64,000 nt of DNA from Octopus sinensis. Its lineage: Eukaryota. The position numbers and the translations under genes are program-made. Under the pieces are notes generated by a model. The model was not told where the DNA came from. It did no database searches and saw nothing but the letters and a program-made list of their open reading frames with translations. Shown here piece after piece: positions 11,688 to 25,013 of this stretch. The DNA is taken from NCBI RefSeq assembly GCF_006345805.1, contig NC_043004.1, positions 95,480,001-95,544,000 of the forward strand. Reading direction: 5' to 3'. Position 1 is the first letter of the stretch. The number at the start of each line of letters is the position of its first letter.

Positions 11688-12501
11688 ATTAGTTAGTTAG
11701 TTAGTTAATTTTTGGGGCTCAAAAAGCAAAAAGCAAGGCCATGTAGGGGGACATGGAGTTATGTACAGGGTGGTGTTCATGTAAAGAGTTCAGGCCACTT
11801 GAGGTCAAGGAGACTTTGAACCGAGCGGTCGTCGGCATCTTCACCATCTTGTCTGGCAGCTTATTCCACGGATCCGCAACCCGGACGGAGAAAGCCCCTC
11901 TCCTTCGATTGAGATGAAATCGTCGCAGATAGAGCTTTTCGGAATGACCCCGCAGCCGACGCTCTGGAGCAGAGTGAAGAACAGCTCTTTCGAGAGGTTA
12001 CACTTTCCGCTTATGATGTTGAGAGCGAGAATGAGATCACCACGGCGGCGGCGTTTTTCTAGAGAATAAAGGTCGAGCGTCTTCAGCCTTTCTTCATAAG
12101 ACAAATTCTTGAGACCATGAACCATGCGGTAGCCAGCTTCTGGACTCTTTCGAAATGCTGTATTTTTTGAGGAGATAAGGAGAAGAGGCTTGAATCCCGT
12201 ACTCCAATATGGGTCTCACCAGCGTGACATAGAGCGGTAGGAATATGGCTGCTGTGAGCATTCCGAATGACCGTCGAATCAAGAACAGAATTCCGCGTGC
12301 TTTGTTGGCAGCATGGACGCACTGGGCCGAAGGCGAAAAGGAGGAATCCACCAAGATACCCAAGTCCTTTACCTGATCGGTCCTCTCCAGCAGCAGACGA
12401 CCCGGCTCGAAATCAAGTTGAGTTGCAGGAGGAGAGCCAACAGGCAGATGACAGCACTTTGACACGTTCAGACACAGGTCCCATTCGTTAGACCATCTCC
12501 A
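11688..12501 (-). mobile_element. 5'-truncated CR1/L2-group LINE
   Basis: LYVTLVRPILEYG...ERVQKLAT..GLKNLSYEERLKTLDLYSLEKRRRRGDLI; (CTAA)n 3' tail at 11688-11707; AATT on both flanks. Confidence 0.9.
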
Positions 12502-13830
12502 AATTGTTTTCCTTACTTTGTCCATCCAATCCTTTCATAGTGTAGTGAGTCCGTCGTCTTTTTATATGTCTTTGTTCGAGTCTTTTATTCTATTTTTCAG
12601 TATGTGTAGACTAAATATGTCGGTAGGATCTGATGTTTACATGATATCAAAGAATCCAAAAGATATACCAATAACCTTGATTTCATGTCTTTTTGTTGAA
12701 TCACGAAAAATTATCGTAAAATAGCAATGACTTCCTTGTGTTTACTTTCGTAGCATAGCTCGGTAATAACCTCACTGTTCGAAAGAGATCGTACAGATAA
12801 TGTCGTAGCAGATAACAGTTAACTTTTGGCCGCCATTTGGACCCTGTTGTGTCCACTGCTCTGATTGGTTGGCATTGACGCAGTTTGTCTCTTGACTTAT
12901 TTCGCGCCGATGTGTGAACCAACCAATCAACCAGAACCTTCCAATAAGATCATGTGACACAGTCTTTTGGATTTTCTTCTAGAGCCTACCCTTAGCTTTA
13001 AAAGGCCCCAGCATTCACTACACTATTTTGTTTATGTGATGATGATGTGGAAATTTACCGAATTAAAGACTTTGCAAAAGAAAGCTCCGAGAAATGGATC
13101 AGTAAATCTTCAAGATATTTAACTGAATGAATCTGCATGATTTTTGCCTTCGATACTATTAAATTTCTTGATGGCTGCATTTAAAATTCTATTTGTATAA
13201 ACTTTGTAACTAACCTAATTCTCGTATTTATCAAATCTAATTTTTTTTTTGCAGACTTTATCCAGTTTATTAACTATATGGTCAAATAGTATACGTTTGA
13301 GTACCTCCATAACATTACCTTAAACATTAAATACGACTTACGTAGACTAAGACGTTCAATCCGATCGCTAATTTTTAACTCTGTGACTAAGTCGTTATTA
13401 TTGCTGTTACATGTGTTTTGGTTAGTTTTCTTATCTGTCTTCTTTATAGTGTCTAGTTATACTTTGCTGTTAGTATTTAAATCAAGATCATACGATTTTT
13501 AGTCGTATTTGCCTAAGTTGTTAGAATTGATAGAGTCTAGAATACAATTTTAGCTCGTTTTGAAAATTATCAGCAGATTGCTGTCGGATCTCGCTTTTTA
13601 TACTCGTGCTTCAGTTCACTTTAAATCTTTTCATGTCATTCATTTGCGTTGATATCTGTGAGTTTTGAAATCGAACTTGCTATCTGGCGGTGAGATCGAC
13701 ATATGTTTGTCGAAAAAAGATAACTTTCCAATTCATTTTCTCAACTTTCAATCTTCTCAGTTAATCTCTTAATGTAGATTTCTCTCAGTGGTATAGCAAT
13801 AGTTAAGAAGCGGGAGAAAATTTATTCAGT
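12502..13830 (-). mobile_element. Degenerate Penelope-like element: N-terminal domain and RT, with an ~260-bp non-coding insert at ~12750-13010
   Basis: Frameshifted minus-strand translation: IPLREIYIKRLTEKIE..NWKVIFF; ELKISDRIERLS; RKSLLFYDN; FFDIM; KDDGL..WMDKVRKTI (YRDDGL-type catalytic motif). Confidence 0.75.
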
Positions 13831-14004
13831 AAATATCTTTAAAGCATAATTATTTTATTGACTGCTGACATAAAGCTGTTATTTGTGGATTTATACATGT
13901 AATAACGCAGCATCTATGGTGAAAGAAATGAACAATAGATCTATGTACAAGATGGGTAAAAAACAAAAACGCATACATTGTTCATGCAGCCATACAAGTT
14001 CTGA

Positions 14005-15035
14005 TGCCGCAGTATCCTACTTCAGCGAGTGGTCTACCGCAAAATCTTCTCTACGCTGTGAAATTACTTTTAGCATGCGGTCTACCTTTTCTTACCCTCA
14101 TAACCTGAGTTAATTTTAACCATTACAATGTTGTTGAAAGATTTCTAAAGACGAATAATTTTTTCAGAGGACACAGCAATTGCATTTTTACAAAAAAAAA
14201 CTATCTTCTGGATACATCACTAGAAGCAAACCCTTGTCATTAATGTGGTAGCGTCATGCAAGGAAAACGAAAATGTGACAGAAGTGGAGAATACCGGCGT
14301 ATATTTCGCTTTCCTCGGAAAGAGTTTCAAACTTCGCGTTCTATTCGGAAAGGTAACTGTTTTTTTTTTTTTTTCATTATACGGACATCAACAAGTTATT
14401 AGTAAATCATTATTCAATATTATTCAATTTGTCTTTATCATCCTGCAGTATAAAGTTATTATAGTGGCGGTAGATTGCACGCTAAAGTATAAAAGGGTAA
14501 CAAAAGATAGACCGCAAGCTAAAAGTAATTTCACAGCGAAGACAGGATACTGCGGTAGACCGTATGCTAAAGTGGGAATGGAAGCACCCCGTCGGTTACG
14601 ACGACGAGGGTTCCGGTTGATCCGAATCAACGGAACAGTCTGCTCGTGAAATTAACGTGTAAGTGGCTGAGCACTCCACAGACACGTGTACCCTTAACGT
14701 AGTTCTCGGGGATATTCAGCGTGACACAGAGAGTGACAAGGCCGGCCCTTTGAAATACAGGTACAACAGAAACAGGAAGTAAGAGAAAGTTGTGGTGAAA
14801 GAGTACAGCAGGGATCACCACCATCCCCTGCCGGAGCCTCGTGGAGCTTTAGGTGTTTTCGCTCAATAAACACTCACAACGCCCGGTCTGGGAATCGAAA
14901 CCGCGATCCTACGACCGCGAGTCCGCTGCCCTAACCACTGGGCCATTGCGCCTCCACGATGCTAAAGTAGGATACTGCAGTAGATGGCACACTAAAGTAG
15001 GATACTACGGTAGACCGCACGCTAAAGTAGCACCC
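14005..15035. repeat. Fold-back-like element with inverted arms built from a ~30-bp unit
   Basis: 14054-14097 and 14495-14538 are inverted repeats (41/44); unit gctaaagtaggatactgcggtagaccgcac is tandem on the right and inverted at ~14007-14041. Confidence 0.6.
14578..14957 (-). mobile_element. Full-length tRNA-derived SINE with RTE-like 3' end
   Basis: Head gtggaggcgcaatggcccagtggttag..ggtttcgattccc; flanked by atgctaaagt(g/a)gga (14564-14577, 14959-14972). Confidence 0.85.
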
Positions 15036-15050
15036 GAGTTCTCACATTTC

Positions 15051-15474
15051 GGTTCTTTTCGGTTTGACCGGCAGTTTTTTCTAGCGGTGTCATATGAAAT
15101 TGTCACCCATAATTATGACCCTAGTATCGATCTATTGCATTTCAATATGTTTTAGGGTTAGGGTTAGGAGTGGGGGAAAGGGTATCTTTTTTTCCTTCAC
15201 AAATGTAAATAAACCCAATCTGTTTCTTAAACGAGGGACATATTCATACGGCACAGAATGTTTTTTTTTACCTCAATAGATGTCAGTGATTGGTTGAAAT
15301 TGCAGAAATTGAAGAAAAATAAAACAACAAATATCTTACAAACCATAGAATTTTCTCAATAAAGCCAAGAGAAAAAATATGTTTTATAAACACATTCTAC
15401 CAGTATACGAAGTTTAAAATTTTTTAGTTACCTAGAAATTATGTTAAAAACTGCCGTTCAAACCGAAAAGATCC
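15051..15474. mobile_element. MITE-like element with 28-bp TIRs and internal ttagggttagggttagg
   Basis: ggttcttttcggtttgaccggcagtttt versus reverse complement of the right end ggatcttttcggtttgaacggcagtttt (26/28); no clear TSD. Confidence 0.7.
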
Positions 15475-16064
15475 CACTTTTCTAATTCATACAACAGAGT
15501 GTAGTTTGATAAAGACCTAAAAGCATGAGATAAGCATAAATCCCAGTTTACCATCAAATACATAAGTCCCCGGTGCATAACCACGAGACTCCAAACGTAC
15601 ATCAAATACACGTGCACATACATTTTACCACTTACTTGTTTCAGTCTTTTGGCAGCGAAGCCCCGCCTTGAAAAATTTTTTTTGTCGAACGAATCGACTC
15701 CAATATTTACTGTTTTTAAAGCCTGGTATTTATTCTATCGGCTTTTTTTGCCGAACCACCAAGTTATGGGGACGTAAACACAACAAGTGCTAGTGGAGGA
15801 TATACACAGGCGCAAAGACACAAAAATACACACGTACGTATGTATTGCATGCATGCATGTATTCATATATGTATGTATGTATGATGTATGTATGTATGTA
15901 TGTATGTATGTATGTATGTATGTATGTATGTATGCATATATGTATTATGTATGTATGTATGATGTATGTATGTATGTATGTATGTATGTATGTATGTATA
16001 TAAGAGCGTTGTAGTTCGCTGAAGCATTGTGATATCGAAGAATGTTGTAAGAGAGAAAATAGGG

Positions 16065-16213
16065 CAGCTTCTGACAATGCGGAAAGTTTAATAAAACCTT
16101 TATACTTAGGGCGCAAAGGCCTATCTTCAGAAGACTGTTCTTTCTTCTGAAGATAAAGCCTTTGCGCCTGAAATGTAATGATTTTATGAAACTTTCTGCA
16201 TTGTCAGAAGCTG
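16065..16213. repeat. Imperfect 149-bp palindrome containing two inverted hammerhead-like motifs
   Basis: Outer arms 16065-16096/16182-16213; inner arms 16110-16134/16143-16168; CTGAAGA on both strands beside the centre. Confidence 0.8.
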
Positions 16214-16644
16214 TCTGTCCTACGTCCTGGTTTTGTTTGTTGTTTATTTTTTATTTTTATTTTTACCGTTATTGTTTTTACGTTTTTGTATTCTTATTGG
16301 TGTCACGTATTCTGTATTTTTGTTTATGTACTTCGTTCGTTTTCCGTCCTCGCATTGTATACATTCGAAGCTTTCTTCCAGGGGATCTAATGCGCTTGGC
16401 TTAGATTTCCCTTGGCGGGCTGGCCATATCGGAGCAATCTCAAGATTAATCAGCCGAAATTGCTAAGATGATCTGGTTCTTGACTGATGACTGAGGGCTT
16501 CGAATGTCCCGTCCTGTGGTTCTTGTGTCGTCTCTGTGGTGTTTCATGTTTTGTCCATGTCTGTAATTATTTTTACTGTTTACCTATATATATATATATA
16601 TATACATACACACATACACACAGACACACACACAGACACACACA

Positions 16645-16702
<58 letters not shown>

Positions 16703-17279
16703 TTATACACGACGAGATTATTTCAGTTTTATTAAACTTTCTACATTGTTAGAAGTTGTCTATCTTCTCTCCTTATACATACATACATACATACATACAT
16801 ACATACATACATACATAATACATACATACATACATACATACATGCATACATACACGGCGAGTTTATTTCAATTTCCGTCTAATAAATCCATCACCCAGGC
16901 TCTTGGAGAAGATACTTGCCCAAAGCGCCACACAGGGGAACTCATAATTTTGTATGCATAACACTTCTTCTTTATTTACACCATATTTAGTGAGTAAGAA
17001 AGAAACTATGTGATAATCCAAATATCCAAAACACACGGAAATTCACAGGTAAAGGATTTATGGCTTCAGCTAAAAAAAAAAAGGTGATTATACTCTTTGA
17101 TATGTATTGAGTGCAATTTCTCCTGTTCGTTACTACCACCACTTCCTTACCTACCGCTTACAGTTGATATGAATTGGCCAGTAATTGACGATAAATATAT
17201 AAATTAATCTATATCCATTATATTGAGCGGTGCTTATTGTGATATATAGAACTTCTTTGACCCCCTATCTTTATCATAA

Positions 17280-17319
<40 letters not shown>

Positions 17320-17583
17320 CATTATTATTATTATCGTTGATATTTAAATAGTAATACCGATAAACCATCAAAAATGTAGCAACCACAACCAAAGTAATTA
17401 CAATAATAGTAATAATATTCCTTTCTACTATAGGTACAAGGCCTGAAATTTAGGGGAAGGGAATTAGTTGATTACATCAACCCCCAGTATTTCACTGGTA
17501 TTTAATTCATCGACCCCGAAAGGATGAAAGGCAAAGTCAACCACTGCGAAATTTGAACTCAGAACGTAGTGGCAGACAAAATA

Positions 17584-17816
17584 CCTATTTCTTTACTACC
17601 CACAAGGGGGCTAAACACAGAGAGGACAAACAAGGACAGACAACGGATTAAGTCGATTATATCGACCCCAGTGCATAACTGGTACTTATTTAATCGACCC
17701 CGAAAGGATGAAAAGCAAAGTCGACCTCGGCGGAATTTGAACTCAGAACGTAGCGGCAGACGAAATATCGCTAAGCATTTCGCTCGGCGTGCTAACGATT
17801 CTGCCAGCTAGTCGCC
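17584..17816 (-). mobile_element. CORE-like tRNA SINE, preceded by a partial tandem copy at ~17415-17580
   Basis: Minus strand ggcgactagctggcagaatcgttagc..gagttcaaattccgccgaggtcgactttgc. Confidence 0.85.
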
Positions 17817-17817
17817 C

Positions 17818-17866
<49 letters not shown>

Positions 17867-18064
17867 GCTCAAAGAATACGAAGATTTGAGAAGTGAAACA
17901 AGTTTTACAAGCAAATTAAACTTCACATCCTTTGCAAAAACATTTTACCTAAAAATAGGGAAGGAGAAAATAACCATTGAAGACACCCTTCCCATGGAAA
18001 AGTTGAAAACTTTTGAAAAAATATATGGAGTAATGAAAAGACGTACATTGAAAATGCAGATTGG

Positions 18065-18164
18065 NNNNNNNNNNNNNNNNNNNNNNNNNNNNNNNNNNNN
18101 NNNNNNNNNNNNNNNNNNNNNNNNNNNNNNNNNNNNNNNNNNNNNNNNNNNNNNNNNNNNNNNN
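18065..18164. other. Assembly gap (100 N)
   Basis: Run of exactly 100 N. Confidence 1.
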
Positions 18165-18264
18165 TGAAGTTATGGAACTGTTCCCTCTTCATTAAAATAC
18201 TTGAAATTATTTGGATATTATAGTTGTTGTTGTTGTTACTATTGTTATAGCTTTTTTTATTCGT

Positions 18265-19360
18265 TATTGTCATTATTCCTTGATCTTGATCTTGATGTTG
18301 TTGTTATTATTCATATCAGAGTGGATATAGTAGTTACTATACTATATCATTCTCACTATTAGGACCTCTCCTTCCATTTTTTTTTGTTTTTCATGGCTGT
18401 TCTGTTTTGTATTATAGTATTTTTTTTCTATTTTTCTTTCATTTTATTTTTTCCATAATTGATTCTACAAAATACCCCACCATTATTTTAATTTGTCCCT
18501 GTAATGTCTCCTCGTTTTCTCCACCACCTTTACGGCAAGTAAAGAATTTATCATTAATATTATTATTATTATTATTATTATTATGATTATTATTATTATT
18601 GTTGTTATTATCATCATCATCATTATCATTATCACTATCATTATTATTGTTGTTGTTGTTGTTGTTGTTATTATCATCATCATCATCATTATTATTATTA
18701 CTATTATTATTATTGTTGTTGTTGTTATTATCATCATCATCATCATTATTATTACTATTATTATTATTGTTGTTGTTGTTGTTATTATCATCATCATCAT
18801 CATTATTATCACTATCATTATTATTGTTGTTGTTGTTGTTGTTGTTATTATCATCATCATCATCATTATTATTATTACTATCATTATTATCGTTGTTGTT
18901 GTTGTTGTCATTGTTATTGTTGTTGTTATCATCATCATCACCAATACCATTATTATTCGAAAATGTTAGACATTATTATTATTATTATTGTTGTTGTTGT
19001 TGCTAGTTTTTTTAAAAAATAAATTTTACTGCTTATCAGCATTGCCGCCATTGTTGTTCTTCCGTATTGTTGCTCGTTGTTGTTGTTTTTGTTTTTGTTG
19101 TTGTTGTTGTGAAATGAGTGTTAATATTGTTGCTATTGTATTGGTTTGCAATTATTGTTGTATAGGCTGCATAGTTATTCTAGTGTCGATAACTGGTGGA
19201 GGTGATGGCGTGGTGTTGCTTGAAGTAGCCATTGTTTTGGGGGGTTTTTTGTGTGTTGTTATTGCTTACACAGTTATTGTTACTGTTGTGATTCTTATCT
19301 TTAATGGTGTTTTATTATTACAATTTTTGAAAGCACTATTTTACTACTAAAACAACAACA

Positions 19361-19399
<39 letters not shown>

Positions 19400-19478
19400 G
19401 ATATTATTATCATTATTATCCTTATCATTGAGTGTACTACTTCTACTATTATTACTATTCTTATTATTATTATTATTA

Positions 19479-19515
<37 letters not shown>

Positions 19516-19778
19516 TAGTTTTATTTTTATAGCGTGCTTTCACTTCACTACCGAGCGCAGCTCTGTGTGCCTTGGGTATGTGCTGTGGTTCGCTGTGATG
19601 CTCTTATGGTTACTGTATTGAAAGTGTTTTGCGTAGGATGTGTGCAGTGCCCAGTAATGCAATTTTCTGTATGTTATATATATTTGTAAGTTCTGGTGTT
19701 TTTGTTATGTATTTGTCTGAATATTTTTTTATCGTCGTCGTCGTCCGTCGTCCGTCGGCGGCGGCGGCGGCGGCGGCG

Positions 19779-19854
<76 letters not shown>

Positions 19855-21006
19855 CATTATTATTATTTACCCAGAGGTGAATTATTCAAAACCCAAAGAA
19901 TTCCTTTCAACACATGGCTATGATGCTCCCCCTCTACTTCCACTCATGATCAGAGATGCACATATCATCAGCCACTAAGAGACATGCTCAACTGGTTAAG
20001 GTCAAACAACTGACAAGCAAGTCTGTGGTATTGAGCAGAATATTTGCTGTAGCCCATCTTTTATACCAAGACAAAACAATGTACATGATAGCACTTTCGT
20101 CAGTTAAGATCAGAAGCCATGAGAGCCAGTGCCTGTATTGTTCTCGTCATTGTTGTTGTTGTTGTTAAAATGGTAAACTGGCAGAATTCTTAGCATGCTG
20201 GACAAAATGCTTAGCAACAATTCTTCAACATTTGTTCATACATTCTGACTTCAAATTCTGATAAGTTGACATTGCCTTTCATCCTTTTTCAAGTTTGATA
20301 AAGTACTAATTGAGCACTGGGGTCAATGTAATTGATTATTATCTCCTTTCCCTAAAATTTCAGACCTTACACCAAAATTTGAAACCATTATCCTTATTAT
20401 TAATATTATTGAGTAAGAGAGCAGGGTATGCCATAAAAGTGATGCTGGGATATGAATATATGAAGCCCAATATACCCATCACAACTATGTCTCTAATAAG
20501 GATACACCAATCACATACATCACAAACATGTGTGCAAAACATGGTTATCTTATATCAAGATAAACAGTGCATGACCTTGCAGGTGGGGCCCAGTTAGAAT
20601 TTTCTTCAAGTTGAGTAGCCCATCCTACTCAAAAGGTCCCTGAATAAGGCTTGTTTAAGAATATTAAAAAACACCCATGTTTCCTGAGGTGAATTATCCA
20701 AACCCCCAAAGAATTCTTCTCAACATATGGCCATGGTGCTCCCCTGCTACTCCTGTTCATGATCAGAGATGCATATATTATCAGCCACTAAGGGGCATGC
20801 TCGACTAGTTAAGGTGAAGCAACTGACAAGCAAATTTGTGGTACTGAGCAGAATATTTGTTGCAGCCCATCTTTTATACCAAGACAAAACAATGTGCATG
20901 ATAACACTTCCAGTCAGTTAAGATCAGAAGACATGTGAGCCAGTGCCTGGGTACTGCAATAGGGCATTATTATTATTTTTATGATTATTATTATTATTAT
21001 TATTAT

Positions 21007-21062
<56 letters not shown>

Positions 21063-21101
21063 TTGGTGGTGGTGGCAGTGGCGACGGCGGCGGTGGCAGT
21101 G

Positions 21102-21155
<54 letters not shown>

Positions 21156-21799
21156 ATAGTAGTAGTAGTAGTAGTAGTAGTAAAGGCTCTTTCTGTTCTG
21201 TTTCATCAGCTCCACCCTTCAAATATAAAAACATCTCCTGCCTAAGTCAGTTTTTGCCTTACATCTCTTTAGGGTTGATTGAATAAAGAACCAGTTATTT
21301 AGTAAAGGACACTAATAATCGACTTGTCCTCTTCACACCAAACTCCAGGACTTGTGTTTATGTTAGAAACAATTATATTATTATTAGAAGAATTTGAGCA
21401 GTGGTTTTCAACTGAGGTTCTTAAGGCCCATGGAGTGGGTGGGGTCCATAGAAGATTTTATTGTTGAAATTTCTCTGCAATAACTTGGTTATACTTCTGT
21501 AATAAACAAAATATTTTAACAATTTTTGTTTAAACAGTTACTCTTTTACTCTTTTACTCTGTTACTTGTTTCAGTCATTTGATTGTGGCCATGCTGGAGC
21601 ACTGCCTTTATAGTCGAGCTGAACAACCCCAGAGCTTATTCTTTGTAAGCCTAGTCTCTTTTGCTGAACCACTAAATTACAGGTACGTAAACACACCAAC
21701 ATCAGTTGTCAAGCAATGCTGGTGGTGGGGTGGCAAACAGACACACAAACATATACACACATACATATATATATATATATAATATATATACATATATAC

Positions 21800-21854
<55 letters not shown>

Positions 21855-23088
21855 ATATACGACAGGCTACTACCAGTTTCCGTCTACCAAATCCACTCAC
21901 AAGGCTTTGGTCAGCACAAGGCTATAGTAGAAGACACTTGCCCAAGGTGCCATGCAGTGGGACTGAACCTGGGACCATGTGGTTGGTAAGCAAGCTACTT
22001 ACCACACAGCCACTCCTGTGCCTATTAATAGTTCTTAATAGTTCTTGCACTGGGCTCCAATCTGATCTGGCAAGCCAGGAGGCTGCACTAGGCTCCAATC
22101 TGATCTGGCAAGCTAGGAGGCTGCACCAGGCTCCAATCTGATTTGGCAAGCCAGGAAGCTGCACCAGGCTCCAATCTGATCTGGCAAGGTTTCTACAGCT
22201 GGATGCCCTTCCTAACAGCAACCACTCCAAGAGTGTAATGGATGCTTTTTACATGACACTGGTATGAGGGCCAGTCAGTTGGTGCTGGCATTGACCACCC
22301 AAGTATAATAGGAAACAAAGAGGTCCATAAGCAAAAATTGGTTGAAAAGCACTGCATCAGAGTGCCAGATGGAATGTGGCATTTGTTCTTTATAATCTGA
22401 ATTCAAACCTTGCTCTGGTCAATTTTACCTTTCATTTTCTTGAAATCGATAAAATAAAGTAACAGTTAAATACAGGGATTGGTAATATCAACTAAACTCC
22501 CCACATCAAAATTACTAGGCTTGTGCCTAAATCAGGAACCATTTAATGGCAATGAACTAACAGAATCATTAGGCGGTGATCTGGTAGAATCATTAGAACA
22601 CTGGGACGAATGCTTAGCAATATTTCGTCTGCCGTTATGTTCTGAGTTCAAATTCCGCTGAGTTCGACTTTGATTTTCATCCTATTGGGTGCAATAAATT
22701 ATGTACCAGTTACGCACTAGGGTTGATGTAATCGATTTAATCCCTTTGTCTGTACTTGTTTGTCCCCTTTATGTTTAGCCTCTTGTGGGCAATGAAGAAA
22801 TAAGAATCATTAGTAAATTTGAGTAAATGCCTCTCAGTATTTTTTCAGGTTCTTCCTATTCAGTGTTCAAACTCCCACAGAGGTCAAATTTGCTTTTCAT
22901 CTTCCAGATTCATTAAAATAATAAAGTATCAGTCAAGAACTAAAGTTGATTCAATTGACCTAATCCCTCCCCTAAATTTCTGGCCTTCTGCCGAAATTAT
23001 TATTATTATTATTATTATTTATTATTATTATTAATAATATTATTCTTATCATCATTATTATTCTTATCATCATCATTATCATTATTAA

Positions 23089-23158
<70 letters not shown>

Positions 23159-24621
23159 TCATCATCATCATTATTATTATTATCATTATCATTATTATTA
23201 TTATTGTTATTATTATTATTTGTTTGTAAAAAAAAATGATACATAACAAAACCTAAGGGTTGCAAAGATCTAAGATGTCACTCTAAAATCTCATTAGTGC
23301 CACCAAAAATAAAAAATAAATAAATAAATAAATAGAAAAAAAATTATGAAGTGTTTCACAATTATCTTTACAAACAGAACAAAACCCTGCAAAAGATATT
23401 TTTTTTAAAATGTGAAATAGAAAATAAAAAAAATAGAATGAAAGAGAGTGAGAGAGGAAATGACAAAAAAAAAGCAAGACATAGAGGGGGATAAAGAGGG
23501 GGGAAAAATTTATGAAATTTCATTAAATAAATAAAATTATATAAAATTAAAAAAAAAAACAAAGTAAACAAGCATGGTTGGCTTTTTTTATCTGATCAAG
23601 ACTGATATTGTTTGATATCACAAACATTTACACCTTGGATACCTGGATACTACAACTACTACTACTACTACAATTACTACTACTAATACTAATACTACTA
23701 TTACTACTATTACTACTGCTACTGGCTAATTTTGTTCAATGGAGATAAAAGGTTGATGGCAGTAGGGGTGAACGTTAGGTAGATGGTGGGGTGGGTAAGA
23801 TGAAGTACAAGAAAGAAAGAGAGGAAGAGGGAGGGAGAGAGGGGTGGGAGAGAGAAGGGGAGAGAGAGGTGGGGGTGGTGCCACAAGTTTGATTTATGAT
23901 ATAAAAGAGTTCATGCATGGTGGGGTTTCATTGTAGTTTTTTTTTTCTTGTACATTCTGAAATAAAAATAAAACACCCTTTATCATCATCATCATTATCC
24001 TCATCCTCATCATCATCATCAGCATCATCATCATCATTATCATCATCATCATCAAATATAATCAACACTAATGCTGTTGTCATCATAGTTGTTGTTGTTC
24101 TTGCTGTTGTATTCTTTTATTATTATGAAACAGAATCATAAATTTTACTTTCTTTTAACTTTGTTTTCATTTCAGAGTGGGTGGCTGACGTGAGTTGGGT
24201 AAGAGTTGAATTATCAGAGACTGTAAAATACCTCACATCAGAGAGACATACATTATAAATTCCACTATATACATTTATACATAGATTACATACATAGAAT
24301 AACGTGTATACACATATATATTTAAACATTGTAAAATATATTTAGAGCTCATATTGTATATACATATAGATATATATCCATACAAGTATGTATGTATATA
24401 TATATAGGGAGAGTTTATGAAAAAAACAAAAGACAAAGACAGGTGGTGTACAAAACAAACAGATGTATTAGTATAATGTTCAGGAATAGAAAAAGTCTTT
24501 TATGTTTCGACCCTACGCTCTTCTACAGAAAGTGACACAAAAAACAAGGAGAGAAAAAATTGTGTGTAGTGGCTAACGATCTATCATGGTGATATATATA
24601 TACACACACACATATATATAT

Positions 24622-24677
<56 letters not shown>

Positions 24678-24965
24678 TCATCATCATATCGTTTAATGTC
24701 TGCTTTCCATGCTGGCATAGTTTGGACAGTTTGACTGAGGACCATCAAGTCAGAAGGCTGCACCAGGCTCCAATCTGATTTGGCAGTGTTTCTGCAGCTG
24801 GATGCCCTTCCTAATGGCAACCACTCTGAGAGTGTAGTGGATGCTTTTTACATGCCACCGGCATAGGGGTCAGTCAGGCGGCACTGGTATAAACTGTGCT
24901 TGAATGGTGCTTTTTATGTGCCACTGGCCATGGTGCCAGTCAGGTGGCACTGGCATCGTCCATAT

Positions 24966-25013
<48 letters not shown>

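Larger units (their letters stand above)
1..18064 (+). repeat. Copy 1 of an ~18.1-kb near-identical duplication (copy 2 at 18265-36371)
   Basis: Collinear sequence and ORF track repeated at offset 18264, drifting to 18307. Copy 1 ends at gaaaatgcagattgg against the gap; the same string continues normally at 36371. Confidence 0.98.

Noticed and set aside
12538-13025. Apparent MITE with TAGTGTAGTGA inverted termini
   Set aside because: No TSD; both motifs fall in PLE RT coding remnants (the left is GLTTL after DDG), so probably coincidental
14245-14340. THAP-like peptide (..IFRFP..)
   Set aside because: Lacks the CxxxxC and downstream W/C/H signature
15153-15169. Interstitial telomere
   Set aside because: Fewer than three TTAGGG units, inside a TIR-bounded repeat
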